Made by a program: the position numbers and the translations under genes. A model generated the notes under the pieces. The model was not told the DNA's origin. It saw only the letters and a list, made by a program, of their open reading frames with translations, and ran no database searches. Positions 10,789 through 19,629 of a DNA stretch of 64,000 nucleotides are shown one piece after another (position 1 is the first letter of the stretch; every line of letters starts with the position of its first letter). The DNA is taken from assembly GCA_963705165.1 (NCBI GenBank), contig CAVPJD010000012.1, positions 1 to 64,000 on the forward strand. Direction: 5' to 3'. This DNA comes from an uncultured delta proteobacterium (lineage in GTDB: Bacteria > Desulfobacterota > Syntrophia > Syntrophales > UBA2192).

Positions 10789-12936
10789 ATGCTTCGTTTA
10801 TCGATAAAAGGATGGAAGTTCGCAATTGCAGCCCTTCTGATTGGCTGTGCGGCCTTCCTGTGCACGCTGGCGGCCGGGCTTTATCTCTCCGGGCCGTTGC
10901 TGCCATCCTTTGAAAAGGTGCGCGCTTCGCACCGCCTCTCCGATGCGCAGCTCCTGGACCGGCATGGCAGCGTCATCCACGAGATGCGCGTTGACCCGAC
11001 GGGGCGGCGCCTGGAGTGGGTTGCGCTCACCGACATCTCGCCTGCGCTCGCCCGTGCCGTCGTTGCGGCCGAAGACAGGCGATTCCACAATCATGCCGGC
11101 GTCGACTGGCAGGCCCTCGGTGCCTCGCTTGTGCGCCATATCGCCTCGGGCGGGTCCCGCGGCGCAAGCACCATCGCCATGCAGCTTGCCTCGCGCCTCG
11201 ACCAAACCGCGACGCCCCGCGGCGCAAAGAGAACCTGGAAAGAGAAGCTGCGCCAGATCTCGGCAGCCCTGGCGCTGGAGCGGGCCTGGTCCAAGGGCGA
11301 GATCCTCGAGGCCTATCTGAACCTCATTACGTTCCGGGGGGAGCTGCAGGGGATCGCCGCCGCATCGCGCGGGCTCTTCGACAAGGACCCCTCGGGTCTC
11401 AACGAGGCGGAGTCGCTCATCCTGGCATCGCTCATCCCTTCCTCAAGGACGACGGCGGACACCGTGGCGCGCAGGGCCATGCGGCTTGCCGCCCGGACGG
11501 GATCGGAGGCGGCCGCCGAAGAGATCGCAGCACTCACCGCTCAGGCGCTCGGACGCCCCTACCGGATCCGTCCCCAGGTGGCGCTCGCCCCCCACGTGGC
11601 GCGGATGCTGCTGCGGGGCGAAGGGGAGCGGATCCGATGCACCCTCGACGGGGAGCACCAGATATTTGCCCTCGAGGCCCTCAATCACCAGCTCGCACAG
11701 CTGAGGGAGAGAAATGTGAGCGACGGCGCCGTCCTCGTCGTCGACAACGCCACGGGGGATATCCTTGCCTATGCGGCCAACCAGGGCCGAGCCTCGAGCG
11801 CGCCCCACGTGGACGGCATCCGTGCCCTCCGGCAGGCGGGCTCCACGCTGAAGCCCTTCCTCTACGGCCTGGCCATCGAGAAGGAGTTCCTGACAGCCGC
11901 CTCCATCCTGGAGGATTCGCCCCTGCAGATCCCCACGACGGGCGGGCTCTACGTCCCGGAGAATTACGACCGGGAATTTCTCGGCCCCGTAAGCCTGCGG
12001 ACGGCCCTTTCGGCCTCGCTCAACATCCCCGCTGTCCGGACCCTCATGCTCATCACCCCCGATGCCTTCGTGGAGAGGCTCCGGGCCCTCGGGATGACGA
12101 GCCTGGAGCACGAGGCGGACTACTATGGTTTCTCGCTTGCGCTGGGCTCGGCCGACGTGACCCTCTACGAGCTGGTAAACGCATACCGAACGCTGGCAAA
12201 CCGCGGCCGCTGGGGCGCGCTGAGTATTGCGGCGGGAGAGGCCCCGGTGGGGCTTGTACCCGTCATGGACGGGCGGGCGGCCTTCGTCGTCTCGGGCATT
12301 CTCTCGGACCGCGAGGCCCGGAGTGCGACCTTCGGGCTGGAAAACCCGCTGGCCACCCGCTTCTGGACGGCCGTGAAGACGGGCACGAGCAAGGACATGC
12401 GCGACAACTGGTGCGTGGGCTACTCGGAGCACTACACCGTCGGCGTCTGGGTGGGAAACTTCTCCGGCGAGCCCATGTGGAACGTCTCCGGAATGGCGGG
12501 CGCTGCACCGGTCTGGCTCGACGTCATGAATCACCTTCACAGGCGCTCAGCCTCGAAAGCGCCCAAAGCCGCACCCGGTGTCGTGGCGAAACAGGTGGCC
12601 TTCCGGGGAAACCTGGAGCCCCCGCGGACCGAATGGTTCATCGCGGGAACGGAGCCGCAGGAGGCGATCGCCCGGGAGAGCCAGCATGAGATCGCCCGGA
12701 TCGTCTACCCGCAGCCCGCGACGATCATCACCCTCGACCCGGACATCCCCGCAGAGCTGCAGCGGGTCTCCTTCGTCGGCCGGTTTGCCGGAGACACCCA
12801 CGAGTGGCGCCTCGATGAGAACGCCATCGGTACGTCGGCCTCGCTGCTCTGGAAGCCCGAGCGCGGCAGGCATGTGCTCTCGCTCGTCGACGGGGAGAAC
12901 CGCGTGGCCGACTCGGTCACCTTCATCGTGAAATGA
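10789..12936 (+). CDS. pbpC: Penicillin-binding protein 1C
   Basis: Transglycosylase EDRRF/GASTIAMQL, transpeptidase STLK, SLN and KTGTS, C-terminal BiPBP domain; adjacent to alpha-2-macroglobulin. Confidence 0.95.
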   Translation: MLRLSIKGWKFAIAALLIGCAAFLCTLAAGLYLSGPLLPSFEKVRASHRLSDAQLLDRHGSVIHEMRVDPTGRRLEWVALTDISPALARAVVAAEDRRFHNHAGVDWQALGASLVRHIASGGSRGASTIAMQLASRLDQTATPRGAKRTWKEKLRQISAALALERAWSKGEILEAYLNLITFRGELQGIAAASRGLFDKDPSGLNEAESLILASLIPSSRTTADTVARRAMRLAARTGSEAAAEEIAALTAQALGRPYRIRPQVALAPHVARMLLRGEGERIRCTLDGEHQIFALEALNHQLAQLRERNVSDGAVLVVDNATGDILAYAANQGRASSAPHVDGIRALRQAGSTLKPFLYGLAIEKEFLTAASILEDSPLQIPTTGGLYVPENYDREFLGPVSLRTALSASLNIPAVRTLMLITPDAFVERLRALGMTSLEHEADYYGFSLALGSADVTLYELVNAYRTLANRGRWGALSIAAGEAPVGLVPVMDGRAAFVVSGILSDREARSATFGLENPLATRFWTAVKTGTSKDMRDNWCVGYSEHYTVGVWVGNFSGEPMWNVSGMAGAAPVWLDVMNHLHRRSASKAPKAAPGVVAKQVAFRGNLEPPRTEWFIAGTEPQEAIARESQHEIARIVYPQPATIITLDPDIPAELQRVSFVGRFAGDTHEWRLDENAIGTSASLLWKPERGRHVLSLVDGENRVADSVTFIVK

Positions 12937-13145
12937 CCCCCCTCTTCTTATCCACAGCCCGCAACCTGTGCATCGGGCTAATACTTTATTCGTAGATTCC
13001 CTAAGAAACTCTACCGAGGGAAAAATCACCCGTGCGCCGTATTGTCTTTATTCCTCCGGGTCGATATTGTTGCCGTAAGACAAGGGCCGGGCTGTTGCCC
13101 GGAGAGAGTTGCGGCCAACCGGAGGGGGTTTAAGGAGGAGCATTC

Positions 13146-13247
13146 GTGGAGGGGATTTTTCTATTGTTACTTTTTACCGGCCTGGCCTTTGTCTATACTT
13201 TAGTCTTCCCGACGCGGAAGGATAAAAGCGAAAGAGAGACTCGTTGA
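13146..13247 (+). CDS. Putative 33-aa single-TM small protein (MEGIFLLLLFTGLAFVYTLVFPTRKDKSERETR)
   Basis: Strong SD TAAGGAGG 7 nt before GTG; hydrophobic N-terminus and charged tail; followed by a hairpin with a T-run. Confidence 0.55.
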   Translation: MEGIFLLLLFTGLAFVYTLVFPTRKDKSERETR

Positions 13248-13310
13248 GCGGCCTGCCGGCCCTATCGTAAAATGTCGTTCTCGCCCCGGGTTCGTCCCGG
13301 GCCATCCCCT

Positions 13311-13361
13311 GGGGAATCTCCCTTTTTTCGTGGAAGGAGGGGGGGGAGGTTCCCCTTTTTT
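13311..13361 (+). terminator. Intrinsic terminator-like hairpin
   Basis: ggggaatctccc ... gggaggttcccc followed by tttttt. Confidence 0.55.
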
Positions 13362-13362
13362 A

Positions 13363-16300
13363 TTATGTGGGACGTTGTTGACTAAGTATACTAACTCGCC
13401 CGTCGCTGACTTCTTCATCTCTCCAACCTTTCGAGTTAGTATCCTTAGTCAACAACGTCCCTGATACCATCGCCTCGTGGACCCTCCGGGCCTGGAGGCA
13501 AAATGTCTCGAGCTTCGCCGTGATGATCTGCGGAAAGGGGCTTCCGTCGCTCTCGATGGCGAGAAACGGCAGGTGATCGAACCGCTCCAGGAGGCTTAGA
13601 GCCTTTTCACTGTTTCCTTTCAGGGCCTTCTTCCCTTCCCGGTTCATTTCCCGCGAGAGGATTGCCTCGGCGATCCGGTTCGGCATGCACCCGAAGGGCC
13701 CGATGGCAATCACCGCACAGCAGTCCTCCAGGACCTCCGTGAGTGAGGCCCCCACCGTGAGAATCGCTTCGCCCACGAGCCGCGGGTTGATGAGATGTCG
13801 CACCCCGTCGATGAGGCGGCCCACATCCTCGAGACGGGGATGCAAAAGTCCCGACCTTCTCATGATACCTTTCAGGATGCGCTCCTGGCGTTTCATCACC
13901 GCCTGGCGAAGCGTGAGCTGCAGCCACTGGCGGAAGGTAATGTCGTCGGCCGTCATCCCGTTGGCGTAGCACCAGTCGGTGTAGTAGATCCACTCCATGG
14001 CACTCGACACCTTCACGACGAACCCTTCCTCGGCCAGCCTCTCCACGATGAACTGTCTCGAGAGGTCGTCGTTGCGCACGAAGATCTCGCCCGTGAGCAG
14101 GATGACGGGCATCCCGGCAGGGCTTCGCCGCAGGGGGATCCGCGCAAGCGCCGTGACGGTCTCTTTCAGCATCTCCCGCAGCTCCGTCGGCTCGCATCCC
14201 CGCTCGAGGACTCCCAGCATCTGCGACCACTCGCGCCAGAAAACCTCCATCGCCCGGGGCCTTTGCTCTGCGCAGGCCAGCAGCGCCGAGTAGATGTCCT
14301 GCATGATGTCGGCGAGCACAACGCCCGTCCAGGCCTTCTTCGTGAAGGAGCTGCCGTGGAAGTCCGAGTAGCTGTTCTCGCCGGAGAGCGAAAAGAGGGC
14401 CACGTCGGGGATGCGCTGCTTCTCCACGACACCCTCGATGAAGGGGGCGTACTGGCCGAAGCGACAGGGCCCCGAGGTGGTGGGCATCACGTACAGGAGC
14501 AGCTCGTCACGGCTCCCGCGCCCCTCCAGGTATTTCAGCAGGCCGCCCGTCACGAGCTGCAGCGGCAGGCACTCCTTGCACAGGGTATGGCCTTTGCCGC
14601 ACTCGAGGACCTGCTCGTCGGCCGGCGGCAGGCAGGAGCTGCGGATGCCCAGACTGCGGAAGACGGCGCTGACGGCCTCCGTGTTGAGACGGCCCATGGA
14701 CGGGAACAGCAGGTGCACCCGTGGGTCAAAGAAAGAGTGCGCCTTTCCGCTCGAGTCGATGACCCGCTGGTTGCGGTAGTCGAAGCGCGAGGGGGCAAAG
14801 CTCCGCAGGGGGCCCGCCGCGACGGCCGGCCTGCCCTTCTTCATTTCCCGACAGGCCTTCACGATGTCGAGGAAGGCCTCGATCCGCGTCTCCAGGCCCG
14901 CATCGGCCACGTGGCTGTCCAGCTCCAGGGTGAGCGAGGGTTTGCCGCCCATGATGTCCCGGAAGAACCCGATCAGAAACGAGTCGGGCCCGCAGGAGAA
15001 GTTCGTGATGTAGCAGCCGAAGAGCTGCGGGTGGCGCTCCACGAAGCTTGCCGCCTTGAGAACGGCCTGCCCCGCCGACCAGTACATCTGCCCGTGGACG
15101 GGCTCGTCATCGGTGGGGAGCATGTCGATGGGGATGACGCGGATGCCCCGCGTGGCGAACTTGCGTGGAATCCCCATGTGGGCCTCGGAAACGAAGGCAT
15201 TGTAGGAACGCCCGAAGACGACGACGGCAAAGGCGCCCGGATCGGCCTCGAGCTCCTCGAGGGCCCTGCGACCCGCCTCCCGCACGGCATCACCCACGGC
15301 CCTCTGGGTCTGAACGGCTGCCGCATAGGCCCCCCTGCCCTCCCGCTTCGTCCTTCCAAGGGTGCGGGCCATTTCGAGAAATGCACTTTCGGCGGCCTCA
15401 TGCCCTCTCGAAAAATCGATGACGGGGGACAGGATGCGCCCGGTTTTTTTCAGGGCCAGATAGGCCGGGTGGTCCTTGAAGGCCGTGCCCAGGTAGTAAG
15501 GCTCGCCCTGCGAGAGCGGGCAGGTGATGCTCTTGGCCGGGACCCGCCCGTTGCCGTTTCGCGGCGCGCCCCCCTTGAAGTGCGGCAGGAAGAGCCAGTC
15601 GATCCTCCGTTCCAGCAGGTCCTCGAGGAAGCCGTGGGAAATCTCCACGGGCCAGCAGAAAGCCGCGCCCCTGCGGTCCACGCCCTCCTGCCGGATCGTT
15701 TCGGGCAGGGCGACGGCAAAGCCCAGATCCTCGAAGAAGCGCCTGTACAGGGGATAGCACGTGTCGGTAAAGAAGGACTTGTTCAGGCCGACGACACCGG
15801 CTGGCCGGTCCATCGCCACGTCCGCCTTGTCGAAGGTCAGTCGCTCCCACCGGCGGACGAGGTCGAGATCCTCCGGATCCGCCTTGCGGGCCAGCCGCAG
15901 GTTGTACCAGCGGTTACAGGCCCCGCCGAAGGGGTGGGTTTTCCCGTCGATGCGGATGCGGGCGATCTCGCACTTTCGGTCGCAACGCTCGGCGCCGCCG
16001 TTGCAGATGAAGGGATTACCGTACTCCAGCTCCCGGTCCCGCAACGCCGCAAGCGGGAAGGACTGCCTGCCCATCAGGCCGAGCTCGAGGCGTCGGCCGA
16101 TCTCCAGGGCCACGCCGAAGGCGCCCGTCAGCCCCGGGTCGGGAGGGACGACGATGTGCCTGCCCGTCACGGCAGCCATGGCCAGGGGGACTGCGCGGTT
16201 GTAGCACACCCCGCCCTGCAGGAAGACCTTTTGCCCCACGGCGCGGTTTCCCTTCACGCGCTTGTGGTAATTCATGCAAATCGAATAGACAAGCCCCGCC

Positions 16301-17775
16301 ACGACGTCCTCCCGCGAGATCCCCTCGTGGAAGGCACGCTTGATGTCGCTGTTGATAAAGGCGGCGCACTGGTCGTTGAAGTTGGGCGGCCGCCTGCCGG
16401 CAAGGGCGATCCCGGCGATCTCCTCCATGCCGATGTCGAGCGACTCCCGCGCCGCCTCTTCCAGGAAGGAGCCCGTGCCGGCGCTGCAGGCCTCGTTCAT
16501 GGCATAGTCCGAGGGCACGCCCTGAGTGATGAAGGTGTATTTCGCATCCTGGCCGCCAATCTCGAAGATCGTGTCCACGTCCGGGTCGAAGAAAACGGCC
16601 GCGGCGGCGTGGGCGGCAATCTCGTTGACGATCCCCTCCGTCATGGCGTGCAGGCCTGCAATCTGGCGGCCCGAGCCCGTCACGCCGAGGCCCAAGATAT
16701 GGACCTCGTCGGCAATCGGGCCCAGCTGATCGCTCAGGGCACGGTAGCACTCGCGCGAGGCCCGCACGGGATCGCCATTGGTCCGCAGGTAGACGGAGGC
16801 CACGATGGCTTGGTCGACATCACGCACAAGGACGGCCTTTGTCGTCGTGGAGCCCACGTCGAGCCCGAGGATCAGCCGCTCCCCTGCCATCGCCTCTCCC
16901 CGCCGCGATGGCTTGAACTCCACCCGGTCACGGAAGTCCTCCAGGGGCTGCAGGTACGCAAAGGAGCTCTCCTCGTTGCGGAAGAGCCTTCCTGCACCCG
17001 GGAACGGTGCCGTTTCGTTTTCGAGGGCCCAGAGCGCGGCACCCAGGGCCTCGAAGTAGGGCGCCTCGTCGGGAACCCGGAGGTTTTTGATTTCCTTGCG
17101 CAGGTGGTCCATGACGACGTCGTTTCGCGCCGTGCCGCCGATGACCATGATGTCGCGCCGGGGCACCTGCTGGAGGATCTCGACGATCTTGCCCGCCATC
17201 ATCTGGCACAGGCCCGCCACGATCCTCCCTTTCGGAACGCCCTTGTTGGCCGCATGGGTACAGTCGCTCTTGCAGAAGACACTGCATCGGCCCGAGACGC
17301 GGTAGGGGCTCTGGGACCGGGCAAGCCCCGTCGCCTCGCCAACGTCCATCCCGAGGCGCTTGATCTGCTGGAGAAAGAACTCGCCCGTCCCCGAGGCGCA
17401 CTTGTTGCCCGTGTGGACCGTCGAGATGCGCCCGTCGCGGCCCAGGGCGTAGACAAGGAAGGTCTCGCCGCCGGCGCTGACGACGGCCTCCAGGTTCTCG
17501 CCCCGGCCGTTGAGGTGGGCGAGTGCCTGCTCCACGGCCTGGGGCTCCGGGATGGTGGAGAGGTTGAGAAACTGGCGGAAGCGCCTCCCCGTGACGCTCA
17601 CCCGGTCGTAGCGGCTCGCGTCGATGCCGTTCAGCATTTCGAGAAGGTGCCGGCGGGGGTTTCCGTGGTGGGGCTCGACGCGGACGTCGAGCGTCGAGAT
17701 CCCGCCGCTTCCGTTGCGTTCGAGGCCGGCCATGGTGATCGTTGATGCCCCAACGCAGATACCGAGCGCCTTCAT
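13363..17775 (-). CDS. Acyl-CoA dehydratase activase fusion (two BadF/BcrAD ASKHA ATPase domains plus DUF2229 / HgdB-like domains)
   Basis: KCASGTGEF, RCSVFCKSD, GLDVGSTTTK, EIGGQDAK, MNEACSAGTGSF, NFSCGPDS, GPCRFGQY and GPFGCMP motifs. Confidence 0.9.
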   Translation of the reverse strand: MKALGICVGASTITMAGLERNGSGGISTLDVRVEPHHGNPRRHLLEMLNGIDASRYDRVSVTGRRFRQFLNLSTIPEPQAVEQALAHLNGRGENLEAVVSAGGETFLVYALGRDGRISTVHTGNKCASGTGEFFLQQIKRLGMDVGEATGLARSQSPYRVSGRCSVFCKSDCTHAANKGVPKGRIVAGLCQMMAGKIVEILQQVPRRDIMVIGGTARNDVVMDHLRKEIKNLRVPDEAPYFEALGAALWALENETAPFPGAGRLFRNEESSFAYLQPLEDFRDRVEFKPSRRGEAMAGERLILGLDVGSTTTKAVLVRDVDQAIVASVYLRTNGDPVRASRECYRALSDQLGPIADEVHILGLGVTGSGRQIAGLHAMTEGIVNEIAAHAAAAVFFDPDVDTIFEIGGQDAKYTFITQGVPSDYAMNEACSAGTGSFLEEAARESLDIGMEEIAGIALAGRRPPNFNDQCAAFINSDIKRAFHEGISREDVVAGLVYSICMNYHKRVKGNRAVGQKVFLQGGVCYNRAVPLAMAAVTGRHIVVPPDPGLTGAFGVALEIGRRLELGLMGRQSFPLAALRDRELEYGNPFICNGGAERCDRKCEIARIRIDGKTHPFGGACNRWYNLRLARKADPEDLDLVRRWERLTFDKADVAMDRPAGVVGLNKSFFTDTCYPLYRRFFEDLGFAVALPETIRQEGVDRRGAAFCWPVEISHGFLEDLLERRIDWLFLPHFKGGAPRNGNGRVPAKSITCPLSQGEPYYLGTAFKDHPAYLALKKTGRILSPVIDFSRGHEAAESAFLEMARTLGRTKREGRGAYAAAVQTQRAVGDAVREAGRRALEELEADPGAFAVVVFGRSYNAFVSEAHMGIPRKFATRGIRVIPIDMLPTDDEPVHGQMYWSAGQAVLKAASFVERHPQLFGCYITNFSCGPDSFLIGFFRDIMGGKPSLTLELDSHVADAGLETRIEAFLDIVKACREMKKGRPAVAAGPLRSFAPSRFDYRNQRVIDSSGKAHSFFDPRVHLLFPSMGRLNTEAVSAVFRSLGIRSSCLPPADEQVLECGKGHTLCKECLPLQLVTGGLLKYLEGRGSRDELLLYVMPTTSGPCRFGQYAPFIEGVVEKQRIPDVALFSLSGENSYSDFHGSSFTKKAWTGVVLADIMQDIYSALLACAEQRPRAMEVFWREWSQMLGVLERGCEPTELREMLKETVTALARIPLRRSPAGMPVILLTGEIFVRNDDLSRQFIVERLAEEGFVVKVSSAMEWIYYTDWCYANGMTADDITFRQWLQLTLRQAVMKRQERILKGIMRRSGLLHPRLEDVGRLIDGVRHLINPRLVGEAILTVGASLTEVLEDCCAVIAIGPFGCMPNRIAEAILSREMNREGKKALKGNSEKALSLLERFDHLPFLAIESDGSPFPQIITAKLETFCLQARRVHEAMVSGTLLTKDTNSKGWRDEEVSDGRVSILSQQRPT
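13369..13461. mobile_element. 93-bp MITE-like element with 30-bp terminal inverted repeats, in frame within the activase 3' end
   Basis: gggacgttgttgactaagtatactaactcg (13369-13398) and cgagttagtatccttagtcaacaacgtccc (13432-13461) are 29/30 complementary. Confidence 0.7.
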
Positions 17776-17976
17776 AGGGAGCCTCTCGCGAATCAATGAG
17801 ACAGTAATGCCTTCTTGGCCAAGCTAAGGGGTTGACAGGTGGAGAGAATAGCGCCGATGACTGCTTCAGGATGAACGAAGGTATTATGAACAAAATGCGG
17901 GGCGAGTGCAAGGGGCAAGGTGCGAAGCACCTTCGTTCGTTTCGTTCCTTAGTTTTTTCGTTTGTTTCGTTGATCT

Positions 17977-18062
17977 TGTCATTGCGAGGAACGTAGTGAC
18001 GAAGCAATCTCGTCTTTCAGAGGGATTGCCGCGTCGGCCCGGAAGGCCTCCTCGCAATGACA
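17977..18062. repeat. RPE/REP-like palindromic element
   Basis: tgtcattgcgagga...cctcgcaatgaca terminal IR with an internal gcaatc/gattgc stem. Confidence 0.8.
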
Positions 18063-18236
18063 TGCGGGCATAACGGAATCCATTCTCCCGCAATTCCCCG
18101 TCTTTCTCCTCACTCAGACACCCAGAGACTTTAACACTTCTTTCACTGCCGCGAAGCAGCATTCTCCCCCCGACCCCGAATAATTCTTTACCTCTATATA
18201 CGGAGCGTGTATATCAATCCGCCGGAGCTCAACCCC

Positions 18237-18962
18237 ATGGAATCATCGGCAGGTAAAAACCAGTTGGACAAACGGCCAGCGGCCATCCGGCCCCTTTTCA
18301 ACCGGATGGCGGCGACCTATGACCGGGGCAACCGCACGCTGTCGCTCCTGATCGATCAGCTCTGGCGGCGCAGAACCGTGAGCGCCCTCGGAATCCGCGA
18401 CGGCGAGTACGTCCTCGACATCGCCACGGGAACGGCCGACATGGCCATCGAGGCCGCCCGCCAGGCCGACTGCCGGGTCGCCGGCATCGATCTGTCCGAA
18501 GAAATGCTTCACGTGGCCCTGAAAAAGAAGGCCCAGGGCGCCCATCCCGGCCGCTGTCTCTTTCTGCAGGGCGACGGCACCCGGACACCTTTCCGGGATG
18601 GCAGCTTTCACCACGCCATGATCAGCTTCGGCGTTCGCAACGTCCAGGACATGGACAGCCTCTTCCGGGAAACATTGCGGGTGCTCAAACCCGGCGGCCG
18701 CTTCGCCATCCTGGAGTTTTCCCTTCCCGAGACGCCCGTCATCCGTGACATCTACCTCTTCTATTTCAAGAGGGTCCTTCCTTTCATCGGCGCCGCCGTG
18801 GCCGGGAAGAAAGAACCCTACTTCTACCTGCGCGATTCCGTCCTGGACTTCGAGCCGCCCAGGGCGCTCGAGCAGCGGATCCTGAAAAACGGATTCCGAC
18901 TCGCCCTCTCAAAACCCTTCACCTTCGGCATCTGCCACCTCTATGTGGCGGAAAAACCCTGA
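18237..18962 (+). CDS. menG: Demethylmenaquinone/ubiquinone methyltransferase (MenG/UbiE)
   Basis: YDRGNRTLS...LWRR, VLDIATGTAD, SFGVRNV and RVLKPGGRFAILEFS motifs. An alternative GTG start lies at 18207. Confidence 0.88.
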   Translation: MESSAGKNQLDKRPAAIRPLFNRMAATYDRGNRTLSLLIDQLWRRRTVSALGIRDGEYVLDIATGTADMAIEAARQADCRVAGIDLSEEMLHVALKKKAQGAHPGRCLFLQGDGTRTPFRDGSFHHAMISFGVRNVQDMDSLFRETLRVLKPGGRFAILEFSLPETPVIRDIYLFYFKRVLPFIGAAVAGKKEPYFYLRDSVLDFEPPRALEQRILKNGFRLALSKPFTFGICHLYVAEKP

Positions 18963-18964
18963 AA

Positions 18965-19114
18965 CAGGGGACAGGGTTCCGGGTACAGGGTACAGGGCCG
19001 CTTCGCGGGGACTGCAATCACCCTTCATTCTCCGGCAAGAATCAGTCGGCGGCATGTGCATTTTCCCTTCTTCCTTTCTCGTCCTGACCCCTGAACCCTG
19101 GACCCTTAACCCTG
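18965..19114. repeat. Inverted heptamer array (CAGGGTA-type ... CCCTGAA-type)
   Basis: acagggttccgggtacagggtacaggg ... cctgacccctgaaccctggacccttaaccctg, directly after the menG stop. Confidence 0.7.
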
Positions 19115-19180
19115 TCAATAATCTGATATTGCTTTTCCGTTCCGAAACCGTTACCCTTCTCGACAACCGGGAGTCAAAAA

Positions 19181-19228
19181 CCGCAACATATGGTCCCGGG
19201 TGCAATTCAGGACCCCCATATATGGTAT
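19181..19228 (+). promoter_or_regulatory. Tandem NrdR boxes, distal pair
   Basis: Cores CAACATATGG (19184) and CCATATATGG (19216) are 32 bp apart and resemble the acaCwAtATaTwGtg consensus. They follow TTGCTT-N17-TACCCT (19129-19157). Confidence 0.7.
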
Positions 19229-19484
19229 GTTTTTTTGACGCTTTGAGGGACACCGTCAAAAAGGATGCAAAAGCCCCGAAAGGGCCTCCCGGAGAGATTC
19301 TCGGGTCCGACGCCCTCTTTAACTCCGTCAAAAATCAGGCACTTACCCGGAAATGACGCTCTGTGGCACCCTCAAAATATTTTTCACCTTCTGGCCGGAG
19401 AGGCGGGATCGCTGCGTGAAATAGCAAACCATTTCAAGCAGTTGATCTATACGAAAACCCAAAAAAGAATTTTATAATTTTTTC

Positions 19485-19533
19485 TTGACTAGATGTGGTG
19501 TTTGCATCAAAATTGCACCACTATATCTTGTGC
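19485..19533 (+). promoter_or_regulatory. nrdD promoter (TTGACT-N17-CAAAAT) overlapped by tandem NrdR boxes, proximal pair
   Basis: Cores CTAGATGTGG (19489) and CTATATCTTG (19521) are 32 bp apart, upstream of the nrdD ATG. Confidence 0.75.
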
Positions 19534-19629
19534 GACACGGACACTTTGCGTAGAGGGGACGCAAACCTACTCCTGTCCATCTCATTCTCACACTCGCGTT
19601 CTATAAAATCTAAGCAAAGGGGGAACCGA

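Noticed and set aside
12948..12956. Perfect DnaA box TTATCCACA suggesting oriC
   Set aside because: It is a single box with no cluster, no AT-rich unwinding element and no dnaA/dnaN context.
13795..17745. 1316-aa plus-strand ORF, and similar long antisense ORFs such as 60697-62928 and 8885-10741
   Set aside because: These are shadow ORFs opposite real high-GC genes and carry no recognisable motifs.
19255..19310. c-di-GMP-I (GEMM) riboswitch, suggested by GCAAAAGCCCCGAAAGGG
   Set aside because: The order and spacing of the GGCAAAC...GAAA...GGACGCAAAGC elements do not match.
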